A program made the translations under genes and the position numbers. The notes beneath the pieces are model-generated. The model saw only the letters and a list, made by a program, of their open reading frames with translations, had not been told where the DNA came from and did not search any database. Shown piece after piece: positions 56,544 to 64,000 of a stretch of 64,000 nucleotides of DNA (its first letter is position 1; each line of letters begins with the position of its first letter). The DNA comes from Beijerinckiaceae bacterium (GTDB lineage: Bacteria > Pseudomonadota > Alphaproteobacteria > Rhizobiales > Beijerinckiaceae), in the NCBI GenBank assembly GCA_947474545.1, contig CANJJI010000002.1, forward strand, positions 3,623 through 67,622, given 5' to 3'.

Positions 56544-57743
56544 ATGGCTGTTGCACTCTCCGAACGCCTCAATACGCCCATTTCGACAGCAGAGCTCGAA
56601 CGCCGCTGGGCGGCAGTGCGCAAGGGCATGGCCGAGCGCGGCATCGACGTGCTCGTCATGCAGAACAACAATGATTTCATGGGCGGCGCAGTGAAATATT
56701 TCACAGATATGCCGGCCACCAATGGCTATCCGGTGACGCTGATCTTCCCCAAGGACGATGATATGACCATCATCGGTCAGGGCCCGTTCAATCACGACCG
56801 TCCCGTGCCGAAAGAAGGCAATGGCATGCTGCGCGGCGTGAAGCGCCAGCTGGGCGTGCCAAGCTATCACACAGCCCATTACACCGGCGAATATGACGCA
56901 GAGCTCGCCGTGAAGGCGCTTGCGGGGCACAAGGGCGCCAAGATCGGACTGCTGGCCGTGGCCTCGATCCCGCACATGTTCGTCGAATATCTCAAGAAGA
57001 ATGCACCCACCAATGAAGGCTTCGTCAACGCCTCCGACTTCGTCGACGAAATCCGCGCTCTGAAGAGCCCAGAAGAACTCAAGCTGATGCGCGAGACGGC
57101 CAAACTGCAGGATGAACAGATGCAGGCCGCCTTTGCAGCGGTAAAACCCGGCATGACCGATCAGGCCGTGAAGGCAGCAGCCCTGCATTACGGCACGGTG
57201 CGCGGCAGCGAACAGGGCTGGTACATGTGCGCTTCCGGCCCCGTGGGCACAGCGGCTGTCATGGGTCCTCCCCATCAGCAGGCGCGCGTTATCAAGGCGG
57301 GCGACCAGTTCACATTGCTGGCAGAAAACGCCGGCGCCGGCGGCATGTACACCGAACTTGGCCGAACCTGCGTGCTCGGCAAGGCCAGCCAGGAAATGCA
57401 CGACGAATTCGCCTTCGTCATGGAAGCGCGCGCGCACACGCTGAAAATGCTGAAGCCCGGCGCCTCCTGCAAGGACATCTGGGAAAGCCACAACGAATTC
57501 ATGCGCAAGCATGGCAAGCCCGAGGAAACCCGGCTCTATTGCCATTCCCAGGGCTATGACATGGTGGAGCGTCCGCTCGTCCGCTTCGATGAAACCATGC
57601 CGCTGCAAGCCAATATGTGCCTGGCTGTTCACCCGACCTATGTGACCTCGACAACTTATAGCTGGGCCTGCGACAATTTCATTCTTACAGAGACCGGCTG
57701 CGAACGCATTCACGCGTTTCCGGAGAAGATTACGGAACTGTGA
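56544..57743 (+). CDS. M24 (pita-bread) fold protein with non-canonical metal ligands; creatinase/Xaa-Pro peptidase-like
   Basis: ELERRW, IRALKSPEEL, TELGRT, CHSQG, AVHP. Confidence 0.75.
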   Translation: MAVALSERLNTPISTAELERRWAAVRKGMAERGIDVLVMQNNNDFMGGAVKYFTDMPATNGYPVTLIFPKDDDMTIIGQGPFNHDRPVPKEGNGMLRGVKRQLGVPSYHTAHYTGEYDAELAVKALAGHKGAKIGLLAVASIPHMFVEYLKKNAPTNEGFVNASDFVDEIRALKSPEELKLMRETAKLQDEQMQAAFAAVKPGMTDQAVKAAALHYGTVRGSEQGWYMCASGPVGTAAVMGPPHQQARVIKAGDQFTLLAENAGAGGMYTELGRTCVLGKASQEMHDEFAFVMEARAHTLKMLKPGASCKDIWESHNEFMRKHGKPEETRLYCHSQGYDMVERPLVRFDETMPLQANMCLAVHPTYVTSTTYSWACDNFILTETGCERIHAFPEKITEL

Positions 57744-57745
57744 GC

Positions 57746-57783
57746 GCGCAAAACTCCCGGCTGGCTCAACATGCGAGCCGGGA
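57746..57783. terminator. Hairpin after the M24-like gene
   Basis: tcccggct/agccggga stem; coordinates approximate. Confidence 0.35.
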
Positions 57784-57798
57784 TCATATCGAGGCAAC

Positions 57799-58845
57799 AT
57801 GACACGCGCCAAACTCCCCCACACATTTGAAGAATTCACCGAAGGGGCGGCCTATGAATATGGCGCGCACGAAGTCACGCGCGAGGAAATCATCGAATTT
57901 GCCAGCGAGTTCGATCCGCAGCCCTTTCATCTCGACGACGAAGCTGGAAAGAATTCTCTGCTTGGCGGGCTAGCCGCATCCGGGTGGCATACGGCAGGGA
58001 TTGCGATGCGTATGCATGCAGACAATCTTCTCCGCAGCGATATTTTTATGGGCTCTCCGGGCATAGCAGAACTGAACTGGATGAAAGCCGTATATCCCGG
58101 CGATATTCTGAGCGTCCAGGCACTGGCAAAATCGGTCAGGGTTTCACAATCCCGCCCCGGCCTCGGCATTATCGAATTTGAATTCACGCTGCTCAACCAG
58201 CATGGCGAACGCAAAATGGTCAATCGCGGCAGCACATTTGTCGCGACGAAGGACATGGATCGCACAACGCCTTTGACTGCCGTTGTTCCGCCGCCATCCG
58301 ATAACAGCCAACCCGCGCCGATGGGCCGCAACGATCCCGCAGCCTTGCCGGACAATCACTACCTGTTATCAGGTTATTGGGATGACGTGCCGCTCGGCGA
58401 TACCTGTGACATGGGCACACACACATTCGAATCGGCTGATATCATCCGCTATGCCCGCAAATATGATCCGCAGCGTTTTCACATCGACGAAGCCGCCGCA
58501 AAGGCTGGCCCTTTCGGCGCGTTGACAGCATCGGGCTGGCATACGGCGGCAGGCGGCATGCGCAGGCTTGTGCTGTCGCGCAAGCCTTATTTTGATGAAG
58601 CACGCAAGCGTGGCCTACCTCTCGCGGACAAGGGGCCGTCACCGGGATTTCGGGATCTCAAATGGACCAAGCCTGTTTATGCCGGCGACACATTGCGCTT
58701 CACTTCAACGCCTGTGAACAAGCGAAAGACATCCCGCGAAGGCTGGGGCATTCTGTTTACGCGTGTTGAAGGACAAAATCAGCGCGGCGAAAAACCGTTT
58801 GAATATGTCAGCGCGAGTTTTTGGCCTTTGCGGAAAAAGAACTAA
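57799..58845 (+). CDS. Tandem MaoC (double hot-dog) dehydratase-family protein
   Basis: Two repeats: FDPQPFHLD..ASGWHT and YDPQRFHID..ASGWHT. Confidence 0.88.
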   Translation: MTRAKLPHTFEEFTEGAAYEYGAHEVTREEIIEFASEFDPQPFHLDDEAGKNSLLGGLAASGWHTAGIAMRMHADNLLRSDIFMGSPGIAELNWMKAVYPGDILSVQALAKSVRVSQSRPGLGIIEFEFTLLNQHGERKMVNRGSTFVATKDMDRTTPLTAVVPPPSDNSQPAPMGRNDPAALPDNHYLLSGYWDDVPLGDTCDMGTHTFESADIIRYARKYDPQRFHIDEAAAKAGPFGALTASGWHTAAGGMRRLVLSRKPYFDEARKRGLPLADKGPSPGFRDLKWTKPVYAGDTLRFTSTPVNKRKTSREGWGILFTRVEGQNQRGEKPFEYVSASFWPLRKKN

Positions 58846-58874
58846 CCGAACAAGTCATCTCATGTGATTGTGGT

Positions 58875-58966
58875 GTCATCCCGAAAATGCGGAAGCATTT
58901 ATCCGGGATCGTGCGCCGCAAATCATAAAACGATCCCGGCTCTGCGCGTCGCTTGGCCGGGGTGAC
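58875..58966. repeat. REP-doublet element
   Basis: gtcatcccgaaaatgc...gcatttatccgggatc...gatcccggctctgcg...cttggccggggtgac; between convergent genes. Confidence 0.8.
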
Positions 58967-59012
58967 ATCAGCTGACTTGGTGCGACTGTGCCAAATCAGG
59001 TGCATCACGCCC

Positions 59013-60815
59013 CTACCCCTCGAATTGCTTTATCTCCTGCATGAACAGCCGCGAAAACTCCTGCAACTTCGCGGCCCCGACGCCATGCACGTCCGCAAAT
59101 GCGGCGCGTGTGCGCGGTGCTTTGGCGGCCATATCAATCAAGGTGCGATCAGAAAATATCACGTAGGCCGGCACGTTTCGCTCGCTCGCCAGGGAGCGGC
59201 GCAGGTTTTTCAATCGCGCCAGCAAGGCCTCTTGCTGTGGATCCATAATGTCATCAGATGCGGCAGGAGCCACGCGATCACGCCGCGATTTAGAACCGAT
59301 CATATCGCGGCGATAACGGAATTCCGCCTCGCCGTTCATCAAGGCGCGGCCTTTGTCTGCGATAGATAATCCGCCAAATCCGCCGGAATCCAGATGCAGA
59401 AATCCCGCGCCTACCATTTGCCGGATCAAGGATTGCCATTCCGTGCGCGGCCTGCCTGTGCCCGCGGCAAAGGAAGGCAATTCATCGTGCCGCAACGCGA
59501 CGGCCCGGTCATTGGCCTTGCCGGTGAGAATATCAACAATATGCATCGCCCCAAAACGTTCATCTGTCTGCCGCACCGCCTCGCAGATGCGCTTTGCCTC
59601 CGTGCTGCCGTCAACAGTCGCCACCGGATTGAGGCAGACATCACAATTGCCGCAGGGCTCGGAGCTTTCACCGAAATAGGCCAGCAAAGACATGCGGCGG
59701 CAAGCCGGCGCTTCGCAAAACGCAACGAGCGCATCCAGCCGTTTGTGTTCGCGGCGTTTGTGCTCATCACTGGCGTCGCTCTCATCGATGAATCCGCGGC
59801 GCATGCGAATATCGCCAAAGCCAAACACCATATGCGCGGCAGCAGACCCGCCATCACGGCCCGCGCGGCCGATCTCCTGATAATAGGCGTCGAGAGACGA
59901 CGGCAGATCGGCATGAAACACGAAGCGCACATCAGGCTTGTCGATGCCCATGCCAAAGGCAATCGTCGCGCAGACGATCACGCCTTTCTCTGCCATGAAC
60001 ATTTCCTGCGTCTGGGCGCGGCGCTCGGGCGATAACCCCGCATGATAGGGAACCGCTCTGTACTTCAGCTTGCACAGCAGCTCCGCATATTCCTCCGTGC
60101 TCTTGCGCGAGAGCGAATAGACAATGCCGCTCTGTCCGCGATGGCCCGCCAGAAAAGCTTCCAGTTGTTTTCCGGTGCTTTTCTTCGGCTCTACCGTAAG
60201 GCTGATGTTGGGCCTGTCAAATCCGGAGACATAGACATCGGCCTTACCGCCAAACAATTTCGCCACGATATCCGCACGCGCAGCGTGGTCCGCCGTCGCG
60301 GTGAATGCGCCGATGGGCACACCGGGAAAAGCGTCGCGCAACCCATGCAGCATCTCGTATTCCGGCCGGAAAGATGCGCCCCATTGGGAAATGCAATGGG
60401 CTTCGTCCACCGCGAACAAACGCACGTCCAGCCTTTGCAGCGCGATGATCATGCGCTCGGTCATCAGCCGCTCCGGCGCCAGATAGAGGATGCGCACCTC
60501 GCCCGCCGCAACGCGCCGCCAGATGTCCACATTGGCTTCGCGCGAGGCTGCCGAATTAATGGTTTCTGCCGCAACGCCAGCCAGTTTCAGCGCCGCCACC
60601 TGATCCTGCATCAGCGCTACAAGCGGCGACACGACAATCGCAAGACCGCCCTTCACCAGCGCGGGAACCTGATAGCACAGCGATTTGCCCGAGCCTGTCG
60701 GCATCACCGCCAGCACATGCCTGTCGCCAATCAGACAATCGACAATGCCTTCCTGCCCCGGACGAAAACTGTCGAAGCCGAATGTGTCGCGCAGGACGTC
60801 TGTTTTGGAGAGCAT
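59013..60815 (-). CDS. recQ: ATP-dependent DNA helicase RecQ
   Basis: MPTGSGKSLCYQ, VDEAHCISQWG, ATIAFGMGIDKPDVR, YYQEIGRAGRDG, RQC Cys cluster, HRDC (VPAYVIFSDRTL). Confidence 0.97.
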   Translation of the reverse strand: MLSKTDVLRDTFGFDSFRPGQEGIVDCLIGDRHVLAVMPTGSGKSLCYQVPALVKGGLAIVVSPLVALMQDQVAALKLAGVAAETINSAASREANVDIWRRVAAGEVRILYLAPERLMTERMIIALQRLDVRLFAVDEAHCISQWGASFRPEYEMLHGLRDAFPGVPIGAFTATADHAARADIVAKLFGGKADVYVSGFDRPNISLTVEPKKSTGKQLEAFLAGHRGQSGIVYSLSRKSTEEYAELLCKLKYRAVPYHAGLSPERRAQTQEMFMAEKGVIVCATIAFGMGIDKPDVRFVFHADLPSSLDAYYQEIGRAGRDGGSAAAHMVFGFGDIRMRRGFIDESDASDEHKRREHKRLDALVAFCEAPACRRMSLLAYFGESSEPCGNCDVCLNPVATVDGSTEAKRICEAVRQTDERFGAMHIVDILTGKANDRAVALRHDELPSFAAGTGRPRTEWQSLIRQMVGAGFLHLDSGGFGGLSIADKGRALMNGEAEFRYRRDMIGSKSRRDRVAPAASDDIMDPQQEALLARLKNLRRSLASERNVPAYVIFSDRTLIDMAAKAPRTRAAFADVHGVGAAKLQEFSRLFMQEIKQFEG

Positions 60816-60821
60816 GCCGAT

Positions 60822-61697
60822 TTATGCGCCCGCGACCCGCTTCATGATCGGCCCCAGCTTTTTCACAAGTTCGGGATCACGCACGGACGGCGCTGTCATC
60901 ACGGCGACATCGAGCGCGCAGTCTGATCCGATCGGGCAGGCTTCGTGCTCAGCGGGGAACTCGCGCAGCACATGCGCCACAACTTGTGCTGCCTTTTGCG
61001 CATTGCTGTGCATGATCGCGATGACAGAGGCGACATCGACATTGTCATGCAGCGGATGCCAGCAATCAAAATCCGTCACCATGGCGATGGTCGCGTAGGA
61101 TATTTCCGCCTCGCGCGCGAGCTTGGCCTCCGGCATCGCCGTCATGCCGATCACATCATAGCCAAGGGCTTTGTACGTCGTCGATTCGGCCAGCGAGGAA
61201 AACTGCGGTCCTTCCATGCACAGATATGTGCCGCCGCGTTTCATGGTCACCTTCTCGGCCCGGCCCGCCGCCTCGATCCGGTCTGCAAGACGCGGCGAAA
61301 CCGGATGCGCCATGGAGACATGCGCGACACAACCTTTCCCGAAAAAGCTCGCCGGGCGCAGATAGGTGCGGTCCACGAACTGATCTACCAGCACAAACAT
61401 GCCCGGCGGCAGGTCTTCGCGAAACGATCCGCAGGCCGAAACGGATATAATGTCCGTCACACCTGCATTTTTCAGCGCCCATATATTGGCGCGGTAATTG
61501 ATATCCGACGGCGAATAGATATGGCCTCTGCCATGGCGAGGCAGAAACACCGCCTGCGTCTTGCCGATACGGCCAAAGCGCAGGGAATCGGAGGGCTCAC
61601 CATAGGGCGTATCCACTTTTTCTTCGCGCAGGTCTTCCAGCCCCGGCAGGTCATAAACGCCGGAACCGCCGACAATGCCCACAATCGCCTTCGTCAT
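60822..61697 (-). CDS. mtnP: S-methyl-5'-thioadenosine phosphorylase
   Basis: GIVGGSG, FLPRHG, INYRANI, MEGPQFS, IGMT..PEAKLARE, VTDFDCW; start moved to MTKAI. Confidence 0.95.
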   Translation of the reverse strand: MTKAIVGIVGGSGVYDLPGLEDLREEKVDTPYGEPSDSLRFGRIGKTQAVFLPRHGRGHIYSPSDINYRANIWALKNAGVTDIISVSACGSFREDLPPGMFVLVDQFVDRTYLRPASFFGKGCVAHVSMAHPVSPRLADRIEAAGRAEKVTMKRGGTYLCMEGPQFSSLAESTTYKALGYDVIGMTAMPEAKLAREAEISYATIAMVTDFDCWHPLHDNVDVASVIAIMHSNAQKAAQVVAHVLREFPAEHEACPIGSDCALDVAVMTAPSVRDPELVKKLGPIMKRVAGA

Positions 61698-61848
61698 GTT
61701 GTCCTCATCGAATCTGTGCGCGGACCATAGCCTTCGCCCTGCCCCCGGCCAAATCACGGCGCGATAAAGCGCGGCTCCCCCTTACGTGATTTGCCGGGCG
61801 ATGATTCCCGCCCTAGTTTCTCCCCATATCCTCAAGGGAGTAGAAGCC

Positions 61849-62808
61849 ATGAACATAATTCGCCGCCGCGGTTGGGAGATTCCCGAGTGCGAAGCCACGC
61901 CCGAAGCCTGGTTTTTCAACCGCCGGGAGATGCTGAAAGCAGCAGGCCTTGCAGGGGCCAGCATGTTGTTGCCTTCCCTTGCCGCCGCACAGGAGGCCGA
62001 TCCCTCCGCCAGCCTTTATCCCGCCAAACGCAACGAGACCTACAAGCTCGACCGCGCAATCACCGAGGAACGCTTCAACGCTCGCTATAACAATTTTTAT
62101 GAATTCGGCGGCGACAAGGATATCTACACGCTCGCACAGGCCCTGAAGACGCGGCCGTGGATGATCAAGATCGACGGCATGGTCGAAAAGCCATTCGAAA
62201 TCGGCATTGACGATCTGCTCAAACAGGTGCAGCTGGAAGAGCGGACCTATCGCCTGCGCTGTGTGGAAGCCTGGGGCATGACCATCCCCTGGACCGGCTT
62301 TCCCATGAAGCGCATTCTCGACATCGCCAAGCCAACCTCCTCAGCGAAATACGTTGTCATGCAGACCTTCCGCGATCCCAAGATTGCGCCGGGCCAGCGC
62401 CAGGCCTGGTATCCCTGGCCTTATACGGAAGGCTGCACCATAGCCGAAGCCGCCAACGATCTCGCCTTCATGGTGACGGGCGCCTATGGCAAGCCCGCCG
62501 CCAAACAACACGGCGCCCCCATACGCCTGCACATGCCCTGGAAATACGGTTTCAAGGCGGTCAAATCTATCCAGCGCATCACCTTCACCGACCAGCGCCC
62601 CAAAACATTCTGGGAAGCCCTGCAGGCGCAGGAATATGGTTTTTGGGCCAATGTGAACCCGGAGGTCGATCACCCCCGCTGGAGCCAGGCAACCGAAACA
62701 GTTCTCGGCGAAGGCAAGCGTGTGCCCACCCTGATGTGGAACGGCTACGGCGAATTTGTCGCCGATCTCTACAAGGGCATGGAGAAGAGCGAGAAGCTGT
62801 TTATGTGA
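61849..62808 (+). CDS. msrP: Protein-methionine-sulfoxide reductase catalytic subunit (Mo, Tat-exported)
   Basis: NRREMLK Tat motif, YNNFYEFG, RLRCVEAW, PWKYGFK, YGFWANVNP..HPRWSQ; start moved to MNIIR. Confidence 0.93.
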   Translation: MNIIRRRGWEIPECEATPEAWFFNRREMLKAAGLAGASMLLPSLAAAQEADPSASLYPAKRNETYKLDRAITEERFNARYNNFYEFGGDKDIYTLAQALKTRPWMIKIDGMVEKPFEIGIDDLLKQVQLEERTYRLRCVEAWGMTIPWTGFPMKRILDIAKPTSSAKYVVMQTFRDPKIAPGQRQAWYPWPYTEGCTIAEAANDLAFMVTGAYGKPAAKQHGAPIRLHMPWKYGFKAVKSIQRITFTDQRPKTFWEALQAQEYGFWANVNPEVDHPRWSQATETVLGEGKRVPTLMWNGYGEFVADLYKGMEKSEKLFM

Positions 62809-63034
62809 GGGGGGAACAAGCTCACAACGCCGCTCAACCTGGTAAAGGTTTTCCTCATCCTGAAGAGCTCGAGCAGCGAGCGTATCGAAAGGCCGGGCAC
62901 AAGCGCGCAAACCGGTTTCTTTGTCCTTCGATACACCGCCTCCCGCCGCTACTCTGGATGAAGCAACCTTCCCCCAATTGCCCACCTCCCCGGCTTGCAC
63001 TAATCTCCGGCAATCATCCTACGGAGGGAAACTC

Positions 63035-64000
63035 ATGTTCACGCGCCGCGATCTCTTGCGCACGGCTACCGCTTCGGCGCTGCTGCCTGCAGCCCCAACC
63101 ATCTTGCGGGCGCAGGAGGAGAAATATCCATCGCGCGTAATCAAGGCGATCTGCATGTTTCCGCCGGGTACGGGCGCGGACATCCTGGTGCGCTGGTATG
63201 CGGACAAGATTGCAAAAATTTCCGGCGGCAGCGTCATCGTTGAAAATCGGCCAGGCGCTTTCGGCAATATCGCGACAGAAGCGGTCGCGCGTTCCAAGCC
63301 CGATGGCTACACGATCTATATCGCGCCGACCTCCTCGGTGCTGGCGGTAGCGCCGCATATTTTCAAACAGCTGGCCTATGATCCCGTCGAGAGCTTTGAT
63401 CATATCACCACGATTTCACGCGTCGCCTTCATGTTCTGCGTCGATGCCAAAGGCCCGTTCAAGACCATGGCTGACCTCACTCAATTTTTGCGTGAGAAAG
63501 GCGACGCCGCCAATTATGGTGGCTCGGCCAATACAGGTATTGTGGGCGCGGAAATTTACAAAAAGGCAATGGGTCTCAAAACAGTGCATATCAATTATCG
63601 CACGCCACAGGCCGGTTTTACCGATCTTTATGGCGGGCAGATCGCCTTTTACACGACCGATTACGGAACCGCCGCCGCGCCGATTCAACAGGGATTGATG
63701 CGCCCGCTGGTGATGACATCAGCCGAGCGCATGAAGGCGACGCCCGATGTGCCCGGCGCGCGGGAATCCGGCATTCCCGGCCTCGACCTCATTGCCTGGT
63801 GGGCCGTGCATACGCCACGCGGCACGCCGGAACCTATCAAGAAACAGCTGCAAAGCTGGTTCAACCAGCTGACTGCCGACCCGGAAACCGCAAAATTTCT
63901 GGCGACTGTCGGCGCTGATCCGCTGCAAGGCGACAAGCTCGACGTGAAAGATATGCTGCTCAAGGAGATCAAGGCTTGGGAGAGCTATGTGGCCCTCACC
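63035..64000 (+). CDS. Bug/TctC substrate-binding protein with Tat-type signal; runs off the window end
   Basis: Hand-translated (absent from the ORF track): MFTRRDLL...YPSRVIKAICMFPPGTGAD...ENRPGAFG...KPDGYTIY; GGAGGG RBS. Confidence 0.88.
   Translation, partial: MFTRRDLLRTATASALLPAAPTILRAQEEKYPSRVIKAICMFPPGTGADILVRWYADKIAKISGGSVIVENRPGAFGNIATEAVARSKPDGYTIYIAPTSSVLAVAPHIFKQLAYDPVESFDHITTISRVAFMFCVDAKGPFKTMADLTQFLREKGDAANYGGSANTGIVGAEIYKKAMGLKTVHINYRTPQAGFTDLYGGQIAFYTTDYGTAAAPIQQGLMRPLVMTSAERMKATPDVPGARESGIPGLDLIAWWAVHTPRGTPEPIKKQLQSWFNQLTADPETAKFLATVGADPLQGDKLDVKDMLLKEIKAWESYVALT

Noticed and set aside
45962-58966. CRISPR array
   Set aside because: Repeats are dispersed palindromes kilobases apart, with no regular spacers or cas genes
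62341-63000. msrQ encoded by the - strand ORF or the intergenic gap
   Set aside because: Antisense to msrP, with no TM helices or heme-ligand pattern

Overview
64 kb of an alphaproteobacterial (Hyphomicrobiales/Rhizobiales-like) chromosome. The assignment is inferred from gene content, a Bru-RS-type palindrome, an alpha-type SOS box and the tRNA sequence. About 60 genes, almost all for uptake and catabolism of small organic compounds. (1) 1-20.6 kb: a catabolic block that looks lower in GC and abuts the 3' end of a tRNA(CAT). It holds two complete LIV-type ABC transporters, an HpaB-type and two luciferase-like monooxygenases, an acyl-CoA dehydrogenase, a CoA-transferase, a hydroxycinnamoyl-CoA hydratase/lyase variant, three SDRs, a Cys-nucleophile hydrolase and a DUF6081-like gene. 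(2) 21-64 kb: backbone genes (GH25 muramidase, ubiK, apt-mtnA-aldolase, mtnP, recQ, msrP) mixed with further catabolic modules (five Bug/TctC receptors, a ring-cleavage/decarboxylase cluster, amidohydrolase-fold proteins plus a Rieske ferredoxin, split Cox/Xdh-family subunits, a second HpaB, a GT32-Anp1 glycosyltransferase fusion) and five REP-doublet repeats. The most unexplained stretch is 43.25-43.79 kb: no credible protein, dense helices, and a sigma70-like promoter carrying a GAAC-N7-GAAC LexA box. No integrase, transposase, CRISPR array, rRNA or DNA-binding regulator gene was recognised. All family calls come from motif recognition by eye, not database searches. Several start codons were moved from the ORF track using RBS and overlap evidence.
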